From NCBI RefSeq assembly GCF_006345805.1, contig NC_042999.1:72788001-72852000 (forward strand): a stretch of 64,000 nucleotides of DNA, written 5' to 3'. This stretch comes from Octopus sinensis. Lineage: Eukaryota. Position numbers and translations under genes: made by a program. Below, in pieces: positions 24,560 to 37,737 of this stretch (the first letter of the stretch is position 1; every line of letters starts with the position of its first letter). A model generated the notes under the pieces. It worked only from the letters and a program-made list of their open reading frames with translations. It ran no database searches and was not told the DNA's origin.

Positions 24560-25169
24560 ACTCCTTTCCAATCTGCATTGTATTGTCTAAAATTGTCGAT
24601 TAAGTTGATCTTATTGGAGTTACCTTGTTCTGCCAGTTATTTTAAACACTCTCAGGGGGAGTTTCGTTTACTAATTGCTGAGATAATCTCTGTTGATTGA
24701 AGTTTTTTCATATCGCTTTATAACATACGAGAGAATATGACGTATTTTTGTATTTAGTTTACAGAACGCTCCCCTGATGTCGATTCGCACAGCCATGTTG
24801 TTGAGAATCGTTAGAGCGTCAAGCAAAAATGCCTTATTGTATTTCATTGAATTCAAATCTTGCTGAATTTAACTTCCTCTTTCGTTGAATGGTAAGACTG
24901 ATGCCGTTAATGTTTGGTTTAAACTGTTACAGATGAGCATCTCGAAGGACATGAGCAAGGAGAAGATTCTAGAGGATCAATGATCTGGCGAGGAAGGGCA
25001 TTAGGTGGGTAGCGCAGGGCCAAGGAGGTTGGACGCAACAAAGGTGACAAGGTGGAGTGAGATCAGTGAGCCAGTATTCTTGAGTGGAGGAGATATAAGA
25101 TCGGTCAGCTTCAAGGATGAGAAAGTCGTTATTAGTTCTTTGGGAAGTGGTTAGTTGCTTACATAGACC

Positions 25170-25530
25170 CTAGAGCTTGATTGGTACTATATTTTATCAA
25201 CCTTGAAAAGTAAAATTGACCTTGGCAGCATTTGAACTCGGAACGTAGAGTCACAAGAAATGCTGCTAGGCATTTGTCAACGTGCTAACAACTCTGCCAA
25301 GTCGCCGCCTTTATATTGCGTTCAAATTTTTGCACAAAGCCTGCGATTTCGGGGGCCGGGGTAAGTCGATTACATCGACCCCAATGTTCGATTGGTACTT
25401 ATTTTATCAACCTCAAAAGAATGAAAAGCAAAGTCAACTTCGGTGGAAGTTGAACGCAGCACGTAAAGACGGACAAAATGCCGCTAAGTATTTTGCTTGG
25501 CATGCCTACGATTCTGCCAGCTCGCCACCT
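25170..25530 (-). mobile_element. Two tandem family 1 SINEs
   Basis: Two reverse-complement heads ending at about 25310 and 25530. Confidence 0.7.
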
Positions 25531-27454
25531 TTTGTCACTCTTTATATTTGCAGCAGGTAAGACAGAAAGAAGATGCAGCACTTCTTTGGGGCAGAGGTTA
25601 GGGTGTGTTTGTTGATTTTATCTCAATTAGTCGAATAGCCCTTCACGGGGTGTGATCTAGTATGTACATGCGAAACAGTACCGTCCCAATTTGAATCATG
25701 CTTACGTTGAATTTGCATTTCCCCCATCCAGGATTCACAAAAGGAAATACCACTCAAGTACTAGGACCCGGTTATAGACCATATCCATTTCACAAAAATG
25801 TATAACTGTGTGCCTTATGTTAGGAACTAGATTCAACGAGGGGACGGGGTTGGCTTCTACATTGCTTTTCAGGTGGATTTAACTGAAGACGAAAAAGCTA
25901 AATGTTCCCCAGCTAAACTCCTCCTTTCTCGTCGTTAACCACAACAAAGATAATACAATCGCTTGATAAAAAATACTAGACAGTTACTTCCATTGATCTG
26001 CTCGAATACAACTGACTGAAGTTACTCAACAGCTTCACGAATAATCATGATCTTACGATTAGCAATAAAAAAAAAGACATTTTTAAAAAAAATCCCATAT
26101 AATCGAATACTTAATGTTCAGAAAAAAAATCTAAACTAAAAAAAACAAAATATGAATTATAAATAATCGAATTATAAATATTGTGATTTTTTTTTCCAAT
26201 GAATATACTTACAGATCTGAGTTAAAGAATGAGTAATAAAATAAACATTTACAATAACAACGCTGTTTGTATAACACACACATACACACACGCACACACG
26301 AGTGTTGTTCATACAGCATATATTCATATATACATACATTTATGTTTGTACGTGTGTGTGTGGTGTGCGGACCGCATAGGACGTTCGAAAGTATGTTACG
26401 TTTAAGGTAGGGAAGACAGTCAAAATACAGAATCCGCCACTGGTCTACCGTATATAATTTACTTATATGTATGTATGTGAGTGTGTGTGTGTGTGTATGT
26501 ATGTGTATGTGTGTGCGCGCGTGTGTGTATGCGTGTGCGTGTGTGTGTTTGAGGCAACTTTATTATGTGAAGAAAACGTAACTGACGCCCATGCGAGTAG
26601 GCACGTCAATTTAAAATATATGTTGATTCTCATCGTCATGGAAACTAAAATTTGTTGCTTTCTGATTGGTCAACTCGTATTCTATTTCACCGCATGGGTT
26701 CAAAATCCCATATTTTACTGGCGAAAGTGGTTTCTTTTATTCTTTATTCATCGAAGAAAAAAAGGAAGAAATAAATATAACTTTAAAAATGTTTTATAAA
26801 TCAGTTAAAAAAAGGTTAGAATGTTGTGTGGGTAAAACTAAAGTTACAATGTTATGTTCAGCTTGTGTGACTCAGTCAGCTAGGGTGGTGAATATTAAGT
26901 GGTATAGATTGGTTTGCAGATGAAGATGAAAGCATCGCCTCAAAACCTTTAGTGGCTGGTTGGATTTACACCTCTCGTAGATGTATCGAAAGCACATTCA
27001 CCTTGTTAACTTCATCCATCGCTCTCTGGGTTGTTTACAAAAAAGAAAAGAAAACGGAAATTGAGTGAAAAAGCTTCAAACTGGGAATCGAACTCGTATT
27101 TACTGAATCGCTTGCGAACTCACGAGCAATTAGTTGAATCTTAATTACAGGAATATTTTTGTTTCAACAGATTCCTGACCCTAACAAACATAGCAGGTTA
27201 GTTGTGATGGAGTTTATCTCATCTTTCACTCGTATTAAGTAGTTTGAAGATAACTCGCCTTTCCAGGAAGGAAGGTCAACCTACATGTACAACGCAGACG
27301 TTTGAATTCAGCCAACACCGCAAGCCTAGCCTGACATTGTACTAAATACTCTTTTGGGACATCCTTTTTTCTTTCTTTCTTTCTTTCTTTTAGTTTCCTC
27401 TCTTGTCTTCTCTCTGTAGTTGCTCGACCTGTTTGCAATGGTCCTAGATCCGTG

Positions 27455-27758
27455 AAGGCGTATGACCAAGTAAGAATATTCGGCTCACGATCGTAAGGTC
27501 ATGAGTTCGATACACAGCGGCGCATTGTGTCCTTGAACAAGACACTTTATTTCACGTTTTTCCAGTCCACTCAGCTAGCAAAAATGAGTTGTACCTGTAT
27601 TTCAAAGGGCCAACCTTGTCATATTCTGTATAATTCAGAATTTCCCAGAGAACTACGTTAAGGGCACACGTGTCTGCGGAGTGCTCAGCCACTTGCACGT
27701 TAATTTCACGATCAGATCATTTGGAATACTAATCGTCATAACCAATGGAGTGCCAGTC
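27455..27758 (+). mobile_element. SINE (family 3 variant)
   Basis: GAAGGCGTATG head and GAGTTCGAT B-box; the body matches 43670-43850. Confidence 0.7.
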
Positions 27759-27759
27759 T

Positions 27760-28589
27760 GGATCTTTTCCTTTTGAACGGCATATGTCAACACAATTTCC
27801 ACGTAACTAAACACTTTTAAACTTCGTATACTGGTAGAATGTGTTTATAAAACATCATTTTTTCTTGGCTTTATTGAGAAAATTCTATAGTTTGTAACAT
27901 ATTTCCTCTTTAAAATCGAGCATTTCAGCAATTTTAACCAATCAAATACGTCCATTTGGAGTGAAAACATACCATGCTATATGAATGTGCCCCTCGTTTA
28001 AGAAACAGATTGGGTTTATTTACATTTGCGAAGAAAAAAAGACCCCCCTTCCCCCAGCCCTAACCATAACCCTACTCCTAACCCTAACCATAACTCTAAA
28101 CCTAACCCTAAAATAGATTGAAATGCAATAGCTCGATACTAGGGTTATAATTATGGGTGGCAATTTCATACGACACCGCTACGGAAAATGGGATTTTTTT
28201 CTAGCGGTGTCAAATGAAAATGTCACCCATAATTATAATCTATTCAATCTATTTTAGGGTTAGGTTTAGTTAGAGTTAGGGTTAGGGTTAGGGGTGGGGA
28301 AAGGGTATCTTTTTTCTTCGCAAATGTAAATAAACCCAATCTGTTTCTAAAACGAGGGACATATTCATACAGCACAGTATGTTTTCATCCCAAATGGACG
28401 TATTTGATTGGTTAAAATTGCCGAAATGCTCGATTTTAAAGTGGAAATATGTTACAAACTATAGAATTTTCTCAATAAAGCCAAGAAAAAATGATGTTTT
28501 ATAAACACATTCTACCAGTATACGAAGTTTAAAAGTGTTTAATTAACTAGAAATTGTGTTGCAAACTGCCGTTCAAAGGGAAAAGATCC
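27760..28589. mobile_element. Foldback/MITE element B: 830-bp near-palindrome with telomere-like tracts in both arms and an 8-bp TSD
   Basis: Ends GGATCTTTTCC..GAACGGCA and TGCCGTTC..GGAAAAGATCC; exact TSD GCCAGTCT at 27752-27759 and 28590-28597; CCCTAA tract 28058-28110 and TTAGGG tract 28253-28293. Confidence 0.93.
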
Positions 28590-31049
28590 GCCAGTCTTAG
28601 ATCACATTGTATCATCTTTGAAGGGAAGAGTCCTAGATATGTAAAAACACTGGATGATCAGAGCTGCACTGTATTACGTATTTCACCACGAGTATAGCGA
28701 GACTCGAAATTGAATCGTCGAATTACGAATTAAAGTCATGACATAACAATGGCTTGTTCACATGACAGGCCGAGTTATTTGCCAATCAGCAGCCAGACTT
28801 TACGTGATAGATTAATCTAGATTCTAATGGAGCTATTCCTTACAAGGGTCATATAAAGGCTAGTTTTAGCACCAATTTTCAGAGTGTGTTAACCTGAGAG
28901 CTTGCCATAAACACTCGCCTTTGTAATAAACGTTTTCAGTTCGGATTGGATATGACGATTTAGCTGGCCGAAATTAATCTACTGTGTATATTTTCTCCTG
29001 TCTTGGCAGGGAAAAACTAATTACGAATGCTACAGAATTATTCCTTCGATTGTGTTAAAATTTTATAATTCATGCGGTGAAACAAAGTTATTATTAAACG
29101 TTGCTTGATGGCATTATATCATTGACTCGCAGCTTCATGTGCATATAACCAACCTGCTATACAACGTTCGTAATTTAAATCCCTATTGAATCAGAATCAT
29201 CTTTTAACTCCGATCATAGACTAGTTGATAATCCGATACATTATGGCTTTTTACACATGCATAGAGAAATTTTAACACATAGCTTTCGAATCGTGACTGC
29301 CCGTCATTCTTTTTAAAGATTTTTTTTTTTAAATTAGTATCAACCAAAGTGTTTAGTTCATGACCATCCTGTCTTTTTTAAAGAATTTTCAATTGTGTTT
29401 ATTATCTCTCCAACATATGCCTCTTGCAAAAGATTCAACAATCATATTACCAGAGAATGTAATTTTGTCACGAATTGACTGACATTCATCCTCACTAAAG
29501 ACAGACACTGAAGATCAACGGGATTGTAACAATCTTGACGCTAACCATAAACTCAAAACTAACCCAAAACACTAATCTTGATGCCAATACTAACCTTTAA
29601 TCCTAACTGAAAATTAAACATCATAAATTATATTAAATTTTATTGTGCTTCCTTGCATGAGTGTTTATGAAAAATTTCTGTTTTGGAGCGTGAAGTCTGG
29701 GATTGCTAAAGTACTTGTAGCATACTGAACAAGTTCAATTGATCATATCACTCTACAAAAACCAGTATTGTATCTTGTCAACACGAAATCAATAATATTT
29801 TGTTCACACTGTTTGTCATAAATTCTACAGCTAAGCAAACTGGACTATTAAAAGTTATTATATTATATTATCATGGCGGCAAATAGGCCAAGTTGTTAAG
29901 AGTGTCAGATAAAATGATCTGCAGTATTCGTTCTGGTTCCCTGCACTCTGACTTCAAATACTGCCGAGTTCAACTTTGCCTTTTATACTTTCGGAATCAA
30001 TAAATAAGGGATATTCGTTTGTTTTATGGATAGCAAGTGTTAAAATTTTGCCATCTGATTTCCCGACACATGACATCATTCTCGGCCGTTTACGATGTGT
30101 TCGGTAATGTCTTTCATGTGCTGGAGATAGCCGAACACATACTCGCACATGCAATCTTCATATTTTTTAACGATTTACTTCTATTTCTATAAACTGCTAA
30201 GAATGACGTAGTATACTGAGAAATCAGTTGGCACAAACTTGACCTTTGTCATACGTAAAACGAAAGAATGCAATAGATAGACACCCATACAAGTGTGTCC
30301 CCCACCGCTGACTTTGTTTCCTCATAACTTTCAGAAAATTGACATTTTTTAATGAAATTTTCTACAAATACGTTTTAGATCGTATAGATTCTGATTATTA
30401 TGATATTTGTTTTGAAACATTTTTCATGGGAAGAGGGGAGGGGAGTTTCAGATAATTCACCTGAGTCGGCTTTGTGTCCCCATAAGTGTCAGGAAAATAA
30501 GGTCCATCCCCACCCCGCCAGAAATTCTCTACACATTCAGATACCTTTCAGATGGTGCCGATTACGATTATATTCGGAATTTGACATGGAAAAAATGTAG
30601 ACTCGCATATAGGCATACTGACATACATCACATATATCTACAAAATGAAACTGGAAATTTTGAAAAAATATTATGTCAGTATGTATGTGTTCGTGACCGT
30701 TAATTTTTTTTTTTACATGGTGGTGATGGCGGTGGGGAGGGTGACGACGACGACTTTAATATTGTTGAATTATGCTAAAAATACCAACAGAAAAAATAGC
30801 ACACATAACGTCAATGATAAAGATGCCCATATATTAGTTCAATGTGGCTTCAATTATCTTATTGTAAAATTGCCCAGTTTAACACCCACCACCACCACAC
30901 TTATTTATTGTGTGCCTTTATAGGCTTAACAAGCCACCCAGTTTAAATTTATTGATATATTTATCCCATATTAGTAACCTTTAATTCTAGTTCCTGAAAC
31001 CTAACCACCACAGGCTGGAATAAATTAAATTATAGAATACGTATATAAG

Positions 31050-32560
31050 AGATGATTACTAATTTTTACATTAAAGTAATGAAAGGAGAAGAGGCTGTCT
31101 GAAACTGGTAGAATTATTGCAGTTGATGTTCTTTTTAAAAGCCAACAGGAAGTACGAGGGCATGGCAGGACTTCAGGAGGTTACCCAAACTGCTGAAAGC
31201 CATGAATGGAAAATGAAACACAGTACGGATATTTGAAGAGAAGTGATACATGGTAACAGGTAGGCCTGGGTGGGTTAAGGTATACAGATAAAAAAAAAGC
31301 ATTGTAGTAGTGATAGAACAGGCAGAGAAAATAAAGTGCCTGTCTTTGAGCTTGGGGTTGAAGCCTATTTATTTATTGAATTTTTACCATTCTGGGCATG
31401 GTCTGTAAGTAGCATCATCTGAGAAGTGCTTCAACATGGATGGGCTATATTGAAATGGGGGAGGTTGGAGAAGGGGTTAGCAAATGGTCAGGAATAAGGT
31501 ATTGAAGTATTCTAGTGTTCCCTTTATAGAAGACTCATGGTCTTTATAATTGACTTCAGTAGCCAATTACATTGATTCATTGCATGGTATGGCCATGAGT
31601 TTCAGATCAATGTCAATGTTCACTAGATTTAGATTAAAAGTGAATCATTCTCAATGAAAACCCCTTTCTATGAAGATTGCCAGAGTCATGCGAAAACAAC
31701 CATTTTAGGATTGAATGTAATGAATGCAGCAAATAGATCCAGTAGTTAGAAAATTGAATAGTAAGACGTTGAAAAGAACAGCATGTTACTATAATTGTAA
31801 AGGTAAAGAGGAAGGTTCTGGGACAGAAAGGACTCCATACTTATTAGATATTTGTCAAGGATGGTGACTACTTTTGTATCAGCCATCTCCCCTCTCATCC
31901 TGTTAAATAAACTTACTACAAGTGTTATTTTACTTCCAGAAAGAGATAAATTTAACCTTCTCATTACCAAGCTGGCTGAAGCCAGCTCTGGCTCTGTAGT
32001 ACAAATGTTATGTTTTCATAAGTTTTGAATTAAAATCTTTCACTAAATCTTAGTCACAATTAATGTTCCTAACACTAGCTTAATGATAACTAAGTTATTT
32101 TACTAAATTCCTTGTTATATTTTAAATAATTAAGAGGAAAACAAAGCATCTCAAAATAGATACAGTAACGAAAGGGTTAAGGAGCACAAAATCATCATCA
32201 TCATCCCCACTTGGTTGAGCTTGTCTTCAGGGAGGCACCCAATATCTCTGGTGAGTTAATCTAAACACATTGTGTTCAGATGACCAGCTCAAGTATGGTC
32301 ATGCTTTGGCATCCATAGCAATAGGTCACTTGCCAGCTCTTGTTTAGCTCACCAGCAATATCCCAGAAAATGCAAGTGCCTTTCCCTTATAATGGTTGTG
32401 ACCGGCAGGAGATCTCCTTGCTACTGTTTCTTTGTGGGATGAGTTCTTCAAGATATATTTAAGACTGCTCTTAACATTTAGGTGTAAGTTCTATCTAGCT
32501 CGGATTCCAGTTTTAGGGGAAATGTTTAGGCTGTAGTTCCATATAAAAGTACTGACTCCA
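31050..32560 (-). pseudogene. Highly decayed Penelope-like RT/endonuclease remnant
   Basis: RMRGEMADTKVV resembles the PLE RT G.AMG.K motif, and F.PKL resembles a PLE C-terminus; many stops. Confidence 0.3.
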
Positions 32561-33000
32561 CTGTTGCATGGAAAAAATTCTCAACTGTACTTATTGCAAG
32601 TGATGATAGAAAACAATAATACTAAAAGATTAACAAAGAAGAGTAATGAATATATATATATCATCAATAATCATCATCATTAACATCCATTTTCCATGCT
32701 GGCATGGGTTGGATGGTTTGGCAGGAGCTGGTCAAATTCCAACTGTCTCTTGTGGCATGGTTTCTATGGCTGGATGCTCTTCCTATAGCCAACCACTTTA
32801 CAGAGTATGTTGGGTGCTTTTTATGTGCCACTGGCATAGGTGCATTTACACAACGCCTACACAGGTGTATTTTATGTGGCACCAGCACCTGTAAAGGACA
32901 AGCTTGTATGTGTGGATGATGGCAATTTTACTTGGCTTGATGCGTCTTCTCAAGTACAGCAAATTGCCACAGTTCCTGTTATCAGAGGGGAAGTGTCATA

Positions 33001-33389
33001 TCTATTACATAAAATCTGTTCTGTCTATCTGTGTGTGTGTGTCTTCTAGGATCTCGGGCATCCTCCATCTGATTGCGCTCAAATTTGATATGTTGATACC
33101 GACGGTATCAGGGTGTGTATAAGTCTTGAAAAAAATACAAAAATCGATTCCAGGTGAGAATGCGATCAATAAAGCCGTGGGAAAGGGCATTCGTATGTGC
33201 AAGTACATCAGCTGTTGCGATCAATACTACACGTACGCGAGAAAAATGCATGTGCAGTTTGCACAAAAAAAGCCGGCTGTGTTGAAATAATGCCACAAAA
33301 TGGGATGGTCGGACAAGTTGTTTTGAGAAAACTTGGTTTAAATGTTTGACAACTAAGCACCATCCATTGGACGGGGAGCATTTTGCTCG
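33001..33389 (+). mobile_element. Non-autonomous Helitron-like element, copy 2
   Basis: A|TC...CTCG|T boundaries and a 3' hairpin; highly similar to 4357-4735. Confidence 0.75.
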
Positions 33390-34631
33390 TATACATATAT
33401 TTAGTCATCTTGTGAAGTTTAGGCAACTCTACAGCTTGCAATGAGGATCAAAATGATTGGATTCATTGTTGTTTAACAACTCATCAGGATTCATAATAAA
33501 AATACACTGATATCATGTGCTATATTATAAGTCCATGAGATAGTTGGAAACATCATAATATATATTAAATGTTGTTTAGCCCCTAAGTCAACCCTCATTC
33601 AGTACACATATGATCATAGACATTTTAACTGTGAACATCCTGCGTAGCATACCCTGGACTACATGTTGTTAGAACAGGTATTCAGTGTGTCAAACTTACA
33701 TCATTCAACCAGCATGCAAGCTGTGATTATCTCATCTTCTTTTCTGGTATATTATATCCAGCACTACTTTACTCTGTTTATTCATTCATTTTGAAGATGG
33801 TAGGGTAACATTTGAAGGAGAGTTGACTGCTAATTCTAGCCAGTCAAGTGATTACATAGAAGTGCATTCCTTTATCTTTGTATATATGAAACATGCAAGA
33901 ATGTAATCAGATTCCTAAAAAAACTATATCAAAGACTATCCAGATCTTTTCATAGACGAGGTCAGAATACAATGAAAACATGTCCAGAATTGTCTCCTAT
34001 ACTTGCCAAAGAACTTAAAATGTATCATGGACTATTATTCCTTTTTCTTCTTCATTTCATATTTGTTCTTTTATTCTTTTATACATATCAGCCCTAAGGC
34101 TGTGACCATGCTGGGGCACTACCAGATTTTTCTTTAATATGCTTTTAAATGCTTTCTACATTAAATATGTTAACACTACTTACCTACTGATTTTCAGACA
34201 TTTAGTCATACAAAATTTTTCATATCTAGGCAATAAGTCATAAACTGCACATCCATTTCTTTATTGTTTAGTCAAGTACAACAAATCCTGTATTTACTGA
34301 TAAGATCAGACTAATAGAGTACCATGTCAGAAAAATGAAAATTAGAATTAGTCATTGTATAATATTTTTTTCACTACTCCCATATATATTTTTTCTAAAT
34401 TCTCCATGCAGTAAATATACAAAAACTAACTTCCCTATCAACATAAACACAACTAATAAAAAGATACAACTATAGAAAGTAAGGTCAAATTTGAACTGTG
34501 AAAGTGAAGCACCTGGTTATTTTATTTGTATATTTTTAGATAATATAAAGGAAAAAATGAGGAAGTTAGAACTTAATACATGAATAAATGTAATCTTAAC
34601 TTCTAACTTAATGATACATTTATTTAGTGGT

Positions 34632-35010
34632 AGGCACATGGCTGTGTAGTTAAGAAGTTTGCTTCCCAATCATATGGTTTCAGGTTCAGTTCCACTGGGC
34701 TAGTCTCTTCTGCTATAGCCTTGGTCAAACCAAAACTTTGTGAGTGGATCTAAAAGACAAGCAGTGTGTGTGTGTGTGTGTGTGTTTACATTGTATGATA
34801 ATTATAAGCAAGCCTCACCATACAAGTGGTGTTGTTCACTTCCTTTTTTTGATGGAAACATGTCTGGCCAAGAAGAAATATTACCTTACTTAGAAACGTG
34901 AGGGTTGGTGGCAGGAAAAGCATCCAGCTATAGAAAAATCTACCTCAACTAATTCTAACTCATGCAAGCATGGAAAAGAAGATGTTAAACAACAATGATG
35001 AAGATGATAA
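34632..35010 (+). mobile_element. SINE family 2 variant with an RTE-like tail
   Basis: Same head as 19049; 3' end CATGCAAGCATGGAAAAG..GATG shared with the RTE. Confidence 0.6.
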
Positions 35011-35017
35011 TGATTAA

Positions 35018-36444
35018 AGCCGTTCGCCAGCCTCATCTGGCACCTGTGCCGGTGGCACATAAAGACACCATCCGAAGACCGGCGACGTAGTCAGTCCACC
35101 TGTGCATACCTTCCTCTTATGACACTTGTGAAGACCTGTTGAGGCAAGTGTGTTGACACTTGTGAAGACCTGTTGAGGCAAGTGAAAATCAAACCAAATC
35201 AAAATAGATGAATATCAATGGAATTTGTATCTTTGGGTCCAGTACCGTTGGCACACAAGAAAACCATCCGAAGTGCCGTAGCTGGTACCGCATCGACTGG
35301 CCTCCGTGCTGTGGGCCACAACAAACACCATCTGATCGTGGCCGTTCGCCAGCCTCACCTGCACCTGTGTCGGTGGCACATAAAAACACCATCCAAAGAC
35401 CCGGCGACGTAGTCAGTCCACCTGTGCATACCTTCCCTCTTATGACACTTGTGAAGACCTGTTGAGGCAGAGGCAAGTGTGTGACACTTTGTGAAGACCT
35501 GTTGAGGCAGAGGCAAGTGTGTGACACTTGTGGAGACCTGTTGAGGCAAGTGTGTGACACGCGTGACACTTGTGAAGACCTGTTGAGGCAAGTGAACATC
35601 AAAAAAAAAAAAATCAAACCAAATCAAAATAGATGAACATCAATGGAATTTGTATCTTTGTGGTTCCAGTACCGGTGGCACACAAGAAAACCATCCGATC
35701 GTGGCCGTTCGCCAGCCACATCTGGCACCTGTGTCGGTGGCACATAAGGACACCATCCGAAGACCGGCGACGTAGACAGTCCACCTGTGCATACCTTCCT
35801 TCTTGTGACACTTGTGAAGACCTTTGAGGCAAGTGACACTTGTGAGACCTGTTGAGGCAAGTGAAATCAATCAAATCAAAAACAAATCAAAATAGATGAG
35901 CATAAATGGAATTGTATCTTTGTGGTACCAGTGCCGGTGGCACACAAGAAAATCATCCGAAGTGGCCGTAGCCAGTACCGCATAGACTGGCCTCCGTGCT
36001 TTGGGACGTAACAAACACCATCCGATCGTGGCCGTCCGCCAGCCTCATCTGGCACCTGTGTCGGTGGCACATAAAAACCCATCCGAGCGTGGCTGTCTGC
36101 CAGCCTCGTCTGGCACCTGCCAGCCTCATCTGGCACCTGTGTCGGTGGCACATAAAAACACCATCCGAGCGTGGCCGTCTGCCAGCCTCGTCTGGCACCT
36201 GTGACGGTGGCACATAAAAACACCATCCGAGCGTGCCGTTCGCCAGCCTCGTCTGGCACCTGTGTCGGTGGCACATAAAATCACCCACTACACTCTCGGA
36301 GTGGTGGCGTTAGGAAGGGCATCCAGCTGTAGAAACACTGCCAGATCTGACTGGCCTGGTGCAGCCTTCGGGCTCCCCAGACCCCTTGAACCGTCCAACC
36401 CATGCTAGCATGGAAAACGGACGCTAAATGATGATGATGATGAT
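35018..36444 (+). mobile_element. Array of RTE 3'-UTR-derived tandem repeats ending in an RTE tail
   Basis: Three reiterated blocks; units of about 30 bp (TGACACTTGTGAAGACCTGTTGAGGCA) and about 58 bp (GGTGGCACATAAAA); (ATG)n tail. Confidence 0.85.
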
Positions 36445-36527
36445 TTCATAGCACAGGTACATTAGTTATAAACAGGTGTGGTTGTGTGGTAAGAAGCTAT
36501 AAACAGGTGTGGCTGTGTGGTAAGAAA

Positions 36528-37737
36528 ATGGTTTCTTACATGAGATGTATTTTAAATGGGTTTCTTATGAGTCATCTATAAATGGATTTTCAATGAGTTT
36601 CTATGTATATGCTTGTGTTTACTCTTAACTCTTTTTCTTTCTAGGCAATACTATTATTCAAAATTGCTACCTACAGCTCTTATGACAATGTTGACAACTG
36701 AACAATACTGAGTGGTTTTCTTGTACGAATACAAGTTGGGTCACTCTGCCACCAAAGCTCTACAAAACATCAAGCGGGCTTTTGGTAATGATTCTGTTGA
36801 CATTGGAACTGTTCAGAAATGGTTCCAAAGATTTAATTCAGGAAATTAAAATAAAAATGAACCAAGAGGGAGACCAAAATCAGTTATTCAGCATGATGAA
36901 TTGAATGCTTTGGTTAAATGAAATCCAAGAAGAACAGTCTGAAAAATCAGATCAGAGCTCCAGACATCTGCCGCAACTGCTTCTTGACACTTGAAGAAAA
37001 TTGGAAAAGTCAAAAAGATGAGTAGGTTTGTTCACCATCAACTTAATGAGATTCAAAGAAACAGATGCCTTACAGTGTGTTCCATGTTGATTTCTCGGTT
37101 GGAAAGAGAACCATTTTTGTATCAACTCATTACATGTGATGACAAATGGATACTCTCTGATAGCAGCAGAAGGACAGGACAGAGGTTGGATGCAGAAGAA
37201 TCACCAAAACACTACCCAAAATCACTGTTGCACTCTAAAAGGTTGATGGTCACTGTATGGTGGTCAACAAAGGGAGTTATTCATTATTCATTTTTGCAAT
37301 AAGGGAAAACTGTAACAGCAACATCCTATTGTCAAGAAATTGATTGTATGCATGAAAAATCAAAAAAAGAAGCAACCCAGCTTAGGGAATAGAGATGGCC
37401 ACACTTCTCAAGCTATGGTCCACAAGTTGCAAAGCCTGAATTATGAAATTTTGGCACATCCACCTTATTCTCCTGATATCTCAACTACTGATTATCACAT
37501 ATTTAAACACTTCAAGCTTGTTATACACAATAAAACATTCTTAAATAAAAAAGAGGTAATTGAAGCATTCGAACAGTTTATCAGTATAAAAGATGAGAAA
37601 TCCTTAGAGGAATGTTGGATGAAGGTCATAAATGAACAAGGATCATATTTTGATTAAATAAATAAATATTCTAAAACTTAAAAAACAATTTTAATATTTC
37701 CTTTTACAAATGTGACATTTCATGTGAGACAACCTAA
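36528..37737 (+). mobile_element. Decayed near-full-length mariner element
   Basis: FLYEYKLGHSA, QKWFQRF, ITCDDKWI, LMVTVWWS and HPPYSPDISTTDYHIF; TIR-like ends; stops and frameshifts. Confidence 0.92.

Noticed and set aside
23820-24860. Short hydrophobic ORFs with similar ELPC words on either side of the inverted repeat
   Set aside because: Short, with stops in all frames and no recognisable family; probably chance.
29530-29615. Fourth telomere-like tract (CTAACC..CTAACCC..CCTAAC)
   Set aside because: Too degenerate, and I could not find flanking inverted arms.
35420-35600. Regular repeats of about 30 bp resembling a CRISPR array
   Set aside because: There are no unique spacers, no cas genes, the context is eukaryotic, and the units derive from the RTE 3' UTR.
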